Shown: positions 1-8,227 of the stretch, in pieces
Numbering within the stretch: the first letter of the stretch is position 1
Layout of the letters: the number at the start of each line of letters is the position of its first letter
Assembly: GCA_043820105.1 (NCBI GenBank)
Contig: JBDREC010000090.1
Location: 62,001-126,000 of the forward strand
Direction: 5' to 3'
Length of the DNA stretch: 64,000 bases
Origin: Pseudomonadota bacterium
GTDB lineage: Bacteria > Bdellovibrionota_F > JAHFAK01 > JBDREC01
The notes under the pieces: generated by a model
The model's input: only the letters and a program-made list of their open reading frames with translations
Told to the model about the DNA's origin: nothing
The model's database searches: none
Program-made: the position numbers and the translations under genes

Positions 1-1483
1 AATCAAGAAAGCTTATATCGTTAACTTTGTAGACTTGACCCCATACAGATCTAATACCATATTTGGCAACTTTAACTTTTTGAAAAAGATTTCCATAGTT
101 AAGATTTGTGTCTACTTTATCTTCTTCAATCATCAGTTTAGTATGAATTTTGCATATTTTTGAGATTAGTGCATCTTCTTTTATTGCAGAATTAATTGAA
201 GAGATTCTTTCTAAAATACTATTATTTAGTAAATCAAAACCTAATTCATCTGTTCTTTGAGCAAAGTTTTGAGTTATAACATAGACTCTTTTTCCATTTT
301 CTTTTTTCACAAAGATTCCTGCTCCAGCATCACTTAAGTCTGGATCCATAATATTTCCCCTATGCGCTGGACTTTCCATTAATTTGTGAACAGCCTCAAA
401 AATTGATTCATTTTTAGCGAGGTTTTCTGTAACTTTTACATAAAGAAAGCTAAGTCCTCTTGATCTTTGCTCAAGGGTGCTGCCGTTTCTTGAAACATGA
501 CCAAAAAAATTATTGCGTGCCATATCTTCTGAATGAAGTCTCGCCATATTTCGCAATTCTTCATTAAAAATAAGTGGGTTTAAGTTCATTTTCTTTCTTA
601 TATCATTAACAAGCTGAAAGAACTTGTTTTCTGCTTCTTCTATACTATTATAGATTTCTGGTTCATTTGGCATCATCTTTTTATCTCTTTCGTTTTCAGC
701 TGAATATGGAATATCCACAAAGATTGGAAAAAGGTTTGCTACAGTGGGACCAAATTGAGTTGTGACCATTAGTTCCATTTTATATCTTCCAGATTTTTCA
801 TTTAAAATAAGTTCACCTGAAAAATTGTTTCCTGAAACATTTAATGGATATTGATTAACCTTGCCTGATGGCGTTGTTGTATATATTTTAGGATTTTTAA
901 CTTGTGAAAAGAGTTTACCAGATATTTTAATTGGCTTTGCTTCTTTTATTTCCTTTGGAATTGGTGATAGTTCTACAAATCTTTTTAATATAACTATTGT
1001 TCCAATGTATTCATCGTTTATGGAGCTAATCCCCATTCCAAATGTATCAAATTTGCTTTCTTTAATTTTTTTGGAAAGAGCTTTTGCAAGTGATACTTTA
1101 GTTTTTATTAAAAACGATTTTAAAGATGAAGAGGAACTTACAATGGCATGTGGAAAATATTTCGCTTCGCTAATTCCATTTATTAATAGTTCTGTTTGAA
1201 TTAGATCTCTATCTAAGGATGGATTGCTGGAGTTGATTGATTTATTAATGTTTCTGGTGGCATTAACGATTCTTTTATCTAAATAAAAAGGGGTTTGAGC
1301 ATTGAGTTTTCTAACCTTTAATAACCAGGTTGATATTTCTTTTTCGATAGCATTTAATTGTAGAGAATCTTGTTCTTGTGGATTGTTATAAAGGCTTTGC
1401 CCTAGACTTGTGATAGGGCTAGAAAACAAGCATATGACCAGGAATAGGACTAATTTTAAAGATAAAAAAGATTGTTTAATCAT
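1..1483 (-). CDS. Secreted CAP/SCP-domain protein (3' end runs off window; absent from ORF track)
   Basis: Manual translation from ATG at 1483 (overlapping stop of upstream gene): MIKQSFLSLKLVLFLVICLFSS signal peptide; in-frame CAP motifs 'FFQLVNDIRKKMNLNPL..ARLHSEDMARNNFFGHVS..ENLA..LMESPAHRGNIMDP..AGAG'. Confidence 0.85.
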   Translation of the reverse strand, partial: MIKQSFLSLKLVLFLVICLFSSPITSLGQSLYNNPQEQDSLQLNAIEKEISTWLLKVRKLNAQTPFYLDKRIVNATRNINKSINSSNPSLDRDLIQTELLINGISEAKYFPHAIVSSSSSLKSFLIKTKVSLAKALSKKIKESKFDTFGMGISSINDEYIGTIVILKRFVELSPIPKEIKEAKPIKISGKLFSQVKNPKIYTTTPSGKVNQYPLNVSGNNFSGELILNEKSGRYKMELMVTTQFGPTVANLFPIFVDIPYSAENERDKKMMPNEPEIYNSIEEAENKFFQLVNDIRKKMNLNPLIFNEELRNMARLHSEDMARNNFFGHVSRNGSTLEQRSRGLSFLYVKVTENLAKNESIFEAVHKLMESPAHRGNIMDPDLSDAGAGIFVKKENGKRVYVITQNFAQRTDELGFDLLNNSILERISSINSAIKEDALISKICKIHTKLMIEEDKVDTNLNYGNLFQKVKVAKYGIRSVWGQVYKVNDISFLD

Positions 1484-2057
1484 GTAAAATGAGATCCTTT
1501 TTCTTAGCAATTTCACTTTCAATTGTTTTTAAAATTTTACTGTTTTTTACATCAGCCTTATCATTGTCTACAATTTTAGATTTTAAATCTTCCAAAAAAG
1601 CGATGTCATTATTGGCTCTACTGTTAATTGATTCTATCAAATTATTAACAGGTTCAACAAAGCTTTTAAGCTCATCGAATTTTCTTAAGTTGCCAATTTT
1701 TCTAAGTTTGCCAGAGGCAATATCTTCCATGGATTTCATTATTCGAAACGCAGGGCCTGCAATTTTATGGGTTAACAACGTCCCCAAAATGAAAAGACTG
1801 AAAATTTGAACTATAAAAAATGTAATAAGATAATATAAGGTAAAATTATCTTCTTGTTCAACCATGCTTTGCAGTTCAAAATTCTGAATTGAAAGCAGAT
1901 CAGTTGCTTCTAATGAGGTTGTATAAAAATGATAACCCAGCAGTACATAAATAAGAGAACAAACTGCAATAACTATTAATGTATATTTAATCTGAAACTT
2001 TTTATCTATTAAATATTTTCTTTGATAAAACCTTAATTTTTTATTTCTTTGAGGCAT
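1476..2057 (-). CDS. Two-TM membrane protein with HAMP-like domain
   Basis: Two hydrophobic segments followed by 'THKIAGPAFRI..IASG..LRKFDE', typical of HAMP linkers; SD GGAG upstream. Confidence 0.7.
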   Translation of the reverse strand: MPQRNKKLRFYQRKYLIDKKFQIKYTLIVIAVCSLIYVLLGYHFYTTSLEATDLLSIQNFELQSMVEQEDNFTLYYLITFFIVQIFSLFILGTLLTHKIAGPAFRIMKSMEDIASGKLRKIGNLRKFDELKSFVEPVNNLIESINSRANNDIAFLEDLKSKIVDNDKADVKNSKILKTIESEIAKKKDLILHD

Positions 2058-2072
2058 GTTTTGCTCCTTATA

Positions 2073-2188
2073 AATTAATTATTAATTATTATTTGTTAAT
2101 TATTAATTATTTACTGCTTTATGTGATAATTAATATCAGTATGTCTTAAAATAACCAATAAATAATAAATAATAATTAATAATTAATT
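2073..2188. repeat. Intergenic heptamer (TTAATTA-like) tandem array with inverted copy
   Basis: ttaattattaattattatttgttaattattaattat ... ataaataataaataataattaataattaat. Confidence 0.6.
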
Positions 2189-2213
2189 TTTTGTGACAAC
2201 ATTTTGTACATTA

Positions 2214-2489
2214 TCACCATTTATCCCCACCCCTAAAATACTCTTCAAGCATTGGTGGTATAAAAACATCTTCAACACCAATGCTGTTTAAAATATCAAT
2301 CAATACTTTTATTTTAGTTTTTTCAGGAAGTTTTTTATCAACTACAATTAGCTTTTTAGTTTCAATTCTACAAAATGCACCATCAAATCTGAAGCCAGTA
2401 ATTTTATCATATCTTAACTCATAACCCTTTTTCTGAACAAGCTCTTCAAGAAGTGATATTGTCTTTAAGTCTTTTTCTTTGTGATTCAT
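2214..2489 (-). CDS. Small hypothetical protein
   Basis: 91-aa ORF, plausible composition, co-oriented with neighbours. Confidence 0.65.
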   Translation of the reverse strand: MNHKEKDLKTISLLEELVQKKGYELRYDKITGFRFDGAFCRIETKKLIVVDKKLPEKTKIKVLIDILNSIGVEDVFIPPMLEEYFRGGDKW

Positions 2490-2568
2490 TTCAAACCCTA
2501 ATCATAAATATAACTCTTAATCATAATCTCTATTCAATTACCTAATGATCTTCCAGCAGTCAAGGCAT

Positions 2569-3021
2569 TCATTTCTCACCTAAAAATTCTTTTGACCATT
2601 TGAAAATAGATCCAGAAAATTGTCCGAGTTTATATTGATCTGTCATTTTAATAGCATCAATTGGGCATGCTTTTATACATTCTCCACAAAAAATACATTT
2701 TAAAGAATCTATTTCAAAAACAAGAGGTTTTCTATCCATTCTTGCTTTTCCAAGTTTTTTAATAACAATATTTATACATTTTGCAGGGCAATTTTCAGCA
2801 CATAGCATGCAAGCTGTGCATTTTAGTTTGCCAAATTTGTCTTTTAATAACAAATGCTTGCCTCTGTGTTCGCTTATTTGATAAGGATCATTTTTATCTT
2901 TGAAAGAATTATTTCCTTGATAGTATTTATTGAAATTTTTAAAAAAAAGTATTAACGTTTTCGTAAAATTATATACTAAATTAAAAAATAGAAAGTCGTT
3001 TTTAAAGTTTTTTATCTTCAT
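2569..3021 (-). CDS. nuoI: NuoI-like 2x[4Fe-4S] protein (stand-alone)
   Basis: HRGKHLL..KCTACMLCAENCPAKCI..FEIDSLKCIFCGECIKACPIDAI match NuoI/complex I 23 kDa family motifs; no other nuo genes nearby. Confidence 0.75.
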   Translation of the reverse strand: MKIKNFKNDFLFFNLVYNFTKTLILFFKNFNKYYQGNNSFKDKNDPYQISEHRGKHLLLKDKFGKLKCTACMLCAENCPAKCINIVIKKLGKARMDRKPLVFEIDSLKCIFCGECIKACPIDAIKMTDQYKLGQFSGSIFKWSKEFLGEK

Positions 3022-3085
3022 ATATTTAATAATTTAGTTTGTTTAAAAAAAACTAGCAATCATTTTTTCTTTAGACAAGGTTGAA

Positions 3086-4945
3086 ATGGAAAATCAAATT
3101 CTAGGATACCCAGGTAAAATACTCGAAATTAATCTAAACACAAAAGAAAATACTACCCTAAATATTCCCGAAAATTATTTTAAAGATTATTTAGGTGGGA
3201 AAGGTCTCGCATTAAAGCTATTATCAGAAAGATTGGATGTTGGGACTGATCCCTTGTCTTCGGAAAATATCATTGTATTTTCAACAGGTGTATTAACTAG
3301 TACAAATGCACCATGTAGTGGTCGCTTCTCAGCAGTGACCAAATCGCCTTTAACTGGCTTGATTTGTCATTCTTCATGTGGAGGACCTTTTGGTTTGGCT
3401 CTAAAAACTGCTGGCTTTGATGTTTTAATTATAAAAGGCGCATTAAACAAGCCTTCTTTTATAACAATTAATGATCAAGATATTGACATAAAAAGGGCAG
3501 ATGGTCTTTGGGGCATTGATACACAAAAGGTTCAGGAGAAATTGGGTGAATATGGAGATGCTTTAGTTATAGGACCAGCAGGGGAGAAGCTTGTTCGCTT
3601 TGCTAATATTGTTTCTGGGTCTAGATATCTAGGTAGAGCTGGTATGGGAGCAGTGCTGGGGTCAAAAAAAATAAAAGCAATTTGTGTTAAGGGTGATTTG
3701 TATTCTTTCAAACCTGTTAAAAAAAAATTGTTTTCAAAGACACGAAGAAAAGCTATTTCATACATTAATCAAAATAATATGACTTCAAATTTATATAGAA
3801 ATTTTGGAACTAGTGCAAATGTTAGAGTATGTAATCAGGCTAAAATTCTACCAGTAAAAAACTTTACTAAAGGTAGCTCCAAGCTTGCTCGAAAAATATC
3901 AGGCGAAGAAATTAAGAAAAAGCATGAAACGAAATATCACACTTGTAAACCTTGTTCAATTCTTTGTGGCAAAAAAGGCGTTTTTAACAATAGGGAAAAG
4001 ACAGTGCCTGAATACGAAACTATTGGTTTGCTTGGTTCAAATTTGGAAATATTTGATCCATCTAATATAGCTGAGTTTAATGAAATATGTGGCCTTATGG
4101 GAATGGATACAATTTCAGCAGGATCAGTCATTGGCTTTACTATGGAAGCTTATGAAAAAGGATTGCTAAGCCAGGACATTAGCTTTGGAAACAGCGAACA
4201 TATCGTTTCCTCTTTGAAAGATATTGCCAGTCTTACTGGATTTGGAGCTGAAATGGCCAGGGGGGTTAAATATCTTTCTGAAAAATATGGAGGCAAGGAA
4301 TTTGCTATACATGTAAAAGGGCTTGAAATGCCTGCCTATGACCCAAGAGGAAGTTTTGGACAGGGGCTTTCATATGCTGTAGCCAATAGGGGTGCCTGTC
4401 ATCTGTCAACAGCGATTTTTACTATGGAGTGTTTTTTTAAACTTCTAAAACCTCACACAATTCGGGCAAAAGCTGATTTTGTAAAGTTTTTTGAAGATCT
4501 TTATAGTTGTATTAATTCTTTGCATATATGTCAGTTTACAGCTTTTGCTTATTTACTTGAAAGCCCACTTACAAAATTTACACCAAAGTTTTTACTAGCT
4601 TTCTTAATGCAGAATTTGCCAAGTTTAGCTATCGCTTTAATTGATTTTGGTATTTATAAAGAGTTTTTTACCAGTCAAACTGGAATAAAAATATCAAACA
4701 AAGATTTTATAAAAGCCGGAGAAAGAATTCATGTTCTAGAAAGAAAAATGAATGCTCGTGAAGGCTTAAATAGAAAGGACGATACTTTGCCAGATCGGTT
4801 TTTAAATGAATCCAGAAAAGATGATTCTTGTTCAAGGGTTGTCCCTCTTAAAAAACTTCTTGATAAATACTATAAAAAGAGGGGATATGATAAAAATGGG
4901 ATTCCAGGCGATAAGCTTCTAAAAGAATTAAATATAGGATTATGA
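3086..4945 (+). CDS. aor: Aldehyde:ferredoxin oxidoreductase family protein (W/Mo-pterin)
   Basis: GYPGKILEINL, YLGGKGL, TKSPLTG..S.CGG.FG, GRAGMGAVLGSKK, C..C..LC, EYET, GMDTIS, YDPRG, RGACH, DDTLPDRF, YY..RGYD..G.P. Confidence 0.92.
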   Translation: MENQILGYPGKILEINLNTKENTTLNIPENYFKDYLGGKGLALKLLSERLDVGTDPLSSENIIVFSTGVLTSTNAPCSGRFSAVTKSPLTGLICHSSCGGPFGLALKTAGFDVLIIKGALNKPSFITINDQDIDIKRADGLWGIDTQKVQEKLGEYGDALVIGPAGEKLVRFANIVSGSRYLGRAGMGAVLGSKKIKAICVKGDLYSFKPVKKKLFSKTRRKAISYINQNNMTSNLYRNFGTSANVRVCNQAKILPVKNFTKGSSKLARKISGEEIKKKHETKYHTCKPCSILCGKKGVFNNREKTVPEYETIGLLGSNLEIFDPSNIAEFNEICGLMGMDTISAGSVIGFTMEAYEKGLLSQDISFGNSEHIVSSLKDIASLTGFGAEMARGVKYLSEKYGGKEFAIHVKGLEMPAYDPRGSFGQGLSYAVANRGACHLSTAIFTMECFFKLLKPHTIRAKADFVKFFEDLYSCINSLHICQFTAFAYLLESPLTKFTPKFLLAFLMQNLPSLAIALIDFGIYKEFFTSQTGIKISNKDFIKAGERIHVLERKMNAREGLNRKDDTLPDRFLNESRKDDSCSRVVPLKKLLDKYYKKRGYDKNGIPGDKLLKELNIGL

Positions 4946-4946
4946 T

Positions 4947-6578
4947 ATGGAAGATTTAACTTTTAATGATGAAATTAATTATCTTAGTGCTGATAAAATT
5001 GATGGTTTTAAAGAAAGTTTAGGTTCTGGTAAAAAAGTAAAATCCATTAATCCATCTAACCTTGAAGAAATTGCTGAGTTTGAACTAACTGATATAACAA
5101 AAATCGGGAAACTAATAAGAAGAAGTAATGATGCATTTAACATTTGGAGCAAGTTTAATTATGATCAAAGAGCTGAATCATGTGAGAATTTGAGAAAAAT
5201 CATTGTAGAAAATGCAGAAGATATTGCAAAAATTATAAGTCAAGATACTGGCAAACCTATCCTTGAAGCACTGGTTTTCGAAGTTTACCCAGCAATAGAA
5301 ATTATTAAATTCTATGCAAAGAATACAAAAAAAATCTTAAAAACAAAGAGAATAAATATTGGTATTTTTAAATATTTTGGAAGAAGTTCATCCATTGCAT
5401 ATGATCCTTATGGCAGTATTGCTATATTTTCTGCAATAAACTTTCCTTTTATTGGTATTATTTGTCAGGCCATTCCAGCCTTAATGGCAGGAAATAGTGT
5501 TATTCATAAACCAGGCTCTCCTACATTTTATACTGCTTTTGAAACCGAGAAATTATTTTTAAAAGCAAATTTTTGTGAAAATGTTTTTCAAACTTTATAT
5601 GGGAAGTCTTCTGAAGGTTTAAGATTAATTGAGCAAGGTAATGTTTCAAAATTATTTTATGCAGGCAACGCCGATTTTGGAAAGAAATTGATGAAGGCAT
5701 GTGCTGAAAATGTTATTCCCGTAAATGTCCAGTTTGGGGGAAAAGATCCAGCAATAGTTTTGGATGATGCTAATATAAAACATGCAGCTGCTGGGATTAC
5801 TTGGGGAGCTTTGACTAATTCAGGTCAGGTTTGTGCGTCCATTGAAAGAGTTTATGTTCATGATTCAGTCGCTGAAAAATTTACAAATGAAGTTTTAAAA
5901 ATTGTTAGTAAATTAAAGCAAGGCAATCCATTAGATTCTGATACTGATTTAGGACCTATGATGTCTGATTTTCAGATAAATCATGTTAAAGAGCATATTA
6001 AAGATGCTAAAAATAATAATGCAGAGTTCTTAAGTGGAGGAGAAGAAAATAAAGATTTAGAAGGATACTACTATCTGCCAACAGTTTTGCAGAAAGTTTA
6101 CAAGCAATTTAAGTGTATTAATGAAAAGACCCACGGACCATTGATACCTATAATGACTTTTTCATCAGAGGATGAAGTAATTAAAAAAGCTAATAATTCT
6201 AAATATGGTCTTTCTGCTTCTATTTGGACTAAAAACATTAATAGAGCAAAGTCAATTGGAAGTAGAATTAATGTACATGCAGTTATGATTAACGAAACAA
6301 TTTACTCTCGTGGAATTAGCCAGGTTCCATGGGGAGGTCGCAAGGCTTCTGGGTACGGAATAAATCATGGAGTACGTGGCTTATTGGAAATGGTACAAAT
6401 AAAGCATTTTCATATTAATTATGTAACCCTGCTTAAAAACTTTTGGTGGTTTAAGTATGATACTAAAATTTTTAGTTTATTTTTAAAATTTTTAGTAAAC
6501 TATAATGGTAAATTGATGCAAAAGCTAAAAAGTTATAACTATCTATTCCGACTCATTATTAACAGAAAGAACTGGTAG
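4947..6578 (+). CDS. Aldehyde dehydrogenase-superfamily protein with degenerate cofactor/general-base residues
   Basis: ALDH motifs (TGKP, NFP, ALMAGN, GGKDP, NSGQVC, AN.S.YGL.ASIWT, PWGG.KASG.G) but ELGG is QFGG and EEIFGP is EKTHGP. Confidence 0.85.
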   Translation: MEDLTFNDEINYLSADKIDGFKESLGSGKKVKSINPSNLEEIAEFELTDITKIGKLIRRSNDAFNIWSKFNYDQRAESCENLRKIIVENAEDIAKIISQDTGKPILEALVFEVYPAIEIIKFYAKNTKKILKTKRINIGIFKYFGRSSSIAYDPYGSIAIFSAINFPFIGIICQAIPALMAGNSVIHKPGSPTFYTAFETEKLFLKANFCENVFQTLYGKSSEGLRLIEQGNVSKLFYAGNADFGKKLMKACAENVIPVNVQFGGKDPAIVLDDANIKHAAAGITWGALTNSGQVCASIERVYVHDSVAEKFTNEVLKIVSKLKQGNPLDSDTDLGPMMSDFQINHVKEHIKDAKNNNAEFLSGGEENKDLEGYYYLPTVLQKVYKQFKCINEKTHGPLIPIMTFSSEDEVIKKANNSKYGLSASIWTKNINRAKSIGSRINVHAVMINETIYSRGISQVPWGGRKASGYGINHGVRGLLEMVQIKHFHINYVTLLKNFWWFKYDTKIFSLFLKFLVNYNGKLMQKLKSYNYLFRLIINRKNW

Positions 6579-6680
6579 TATTACTAGTCAAATCCGGTAC
6601 ATTATCGAGTTACATCTTTTTCAAATACAAGTATAAATAAATAAGTTTTTACATTGTAAAAAAGTTTGGGGAAATTAATC

Positions 6681-6780
6681 TATAATAGGGAGTGTAAAAC
6701 CTTTGCTATAGATTTGGTCGGGGAAAAGGAGATAAAACCTTTTTGACCGGGGAGGTTATAAACTCCACGACCCGACCTAA
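6681..6780 (+). ncRNA. Candidate structured small RNA (three-way junction, repeated hairpins)
   Basis: GGTCGGG(6716-22)/CCCGACC(6771-77) closes hairpins AAAAGG/CCTTTT and GGAG/CTCC; GC-enriched island in AT-rich intergenic DNA, followed by terminator. Confidence 0.4.
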
Positions 6781-6787
6781 TATTATT

Positions 6788-6826
6788 AAAAAAGGCTCAG
6801 GCAAGTTTGCTTGGGTCTTTTTTTTT
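6788..6826 (+). terminator. Rho-independent terminator
   Basis: GGCTCAGGCAA/TTGCTTGGGTC stem with G-U pairs favouring + strand, then T9; A-run upstream could make it bidirectional. Confidence 0.8.
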
Positions 6827-6828
6827 AA

Positions 6829-6849
6829 AGGGAACAAGAGAACAAGGGG
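6829..6849. repeat. Octamer GRGAACAA repeat
   Basis: gggaacaa gagaacaa gggg; same unit at 9762, 40729, 55215. Confidence 0.65.
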
Positions 6850-6861
6850 TGGAGAGAGTTT

Positions 6862-8208
6862 TTAAGCGCCGCTAATCATCATGTTTGGAATTAGGATGGT
6901 TGGACAGGCTGTTGATGTTCTGAAATCCAGGTCATTTCCGATCATTTCAATGTTTGAAATCATATCAAGCATGTTTCCTGCTACAGTGAACTCCTGGACA
7001 GAATAATCTAGCTTGCCATCTGTAATCCACACGCCTGCAGCACCTTGGGAATAATCACCTGTAACTGGATTTGTACCACCACCAAGAAAATTGGTAAGAT
7101 ATAAACCATTTTTAACAGAGGAAATTATTTGTTCTGGAGAATATTCGCCTTTATCTAGATAGAGATTTGTGCTAGAAACTCTTGGATTTGAAGAATATCC
7201 ACGCGAGGCGTTTCCTGTTGGAGTCATGTTCAGTTTGAGACCACTATATGTATCGCATAGATATTTATTTAATATACCATTATCAATGATTACATTTTTA
7301 TTAGTTTTTATTCCTTCATCATCAAATGGGGCTGAACCTTGACCATCTATCATAGTGCCATCATCAATTAGATTAAACTTATCATTAGCAACTTTTTTTC
7401 CAAGCTTATCAATAAAGAAGGAACTTTTTTGATAAACTGAATATCCTGAACTGGCTTCAAGTAAGCTTGATAATAAAGATCTGGCAATAAAAGGATCAAA
7501 TACTATTGGAACTTTTTGTGTTTTTGGTTTTCTAAAATCAAGCTTTCTTAATAGTCTTTGAGCTGCTTCATTTGCAACGGATTCAACACTTTCTAGATTA
7601 TTATAAAATCTATTTGAAGAATACCAATAATCAACAAACTTATCATTATTCTTTTCTGCCACTAAAAATACACCAAAAGAACAGTTGGTTGAGGCAGTTT
7701 GATCACAGAATCCATGAGAGTTAGCTAGAGTTGTAGAGCCCTCACCATCTGACCACCAGGCTCCTTCAGTGTTTGTAATATACTTGCTTTTACTTCTTCC
7801 AATTTCTTCGACTCTTTTAGCAATTTCAAGCTTCTTATCCATGGGGATTTTAGAAATTGTAGAATCAAAAAGATTAAGCTTTCCTGCATACCTTCCTAAG
7901 TACTTTGGATCAGGTAATTGTCTAAACTCATCTGAGCCAGATATCTCACAAAGGTCTATTGTTTTTTTTATTAATTTATCAATAGATTGCGAACTAAAAT
8001 CAGAAGTATATGTTAAAGATGCTTTCTGATTTTTAAAAATTCGGAGTCCTAATCCTTTTGTTTCAGAATTGTTAAGTTTTTCGATTTTCCCCAGTCTTAT
8101 TTCGACGTCTTTCCCAACATTACTTCTTATTATAACATCCACATGATCAGCCCCGGCTTTTTTTGCCTTTGTAACCGTATCACTTGCTATATTTTTATAA
8201 TCAATCAT
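6862..8208 (-). CDS. pmbA: PmbA/TldE protease subunit
   Basis: GADHVDV, GLGLRI, PFDDEG, TGNASR, NPVTGDYSQGAAG, TVAGN; no HExxxH; follows tldD. Confidence 0.9.
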   Translation of the reverse strand: MIDYKNIASDTVTKAKKAGADHVDVIIRSNVGKDVEIRLGKIEKLNNSETKGLGLRIFKNQKASLTYTSDFSSQSIDKLIKKTIDLCEISGSDEFRQLPDPKYLGRYAGKLNLFDSTISKIPMDKKLEIAKRVEEIGRSKSKYITNTEGAWWSDGEGSTTLANSHGFCDQTASTNCSFGVFLVAEKNNDKFVDYWYSSNRFYNNLESVESVANEAAQRLLRKLDFRKPKTQKVPIVFDPFIARSLLSSLLEASSGYSVYQKSSFFIDKLGKKVANDKFNLIDDGTMIDGQGSAPFDDEGIKTNKNVIIDNGILNKYLCDTYSGLKLNMTPTGNASRGYSSNPRVSSTNLYLDKGEYSPEQIISSVKNGLYLTNFLGGGTNPVTGDYSQGAAGVWITDGKLDYSVQEFTVAGNMLDMISNIEMIGNDLDFRTSTACPTILIPNMMISGA

Positions 8209-8227
8209 TTTTTATCCTTTTTTTAAA

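Noticed and set aside
861..1199. 112-aa + strand ORF
   Set aside because: Antisense to the CAP-domain gene read on the minus strand.
6716..6777. Hammerhead ribozyme or Moco/W-cofactor riboswitch reading of the three-way junction
   Set aside because: Lacks the CUGANGA/GAAA core; lies downstream, not upstream, of aor with no co-oriented gene after it.
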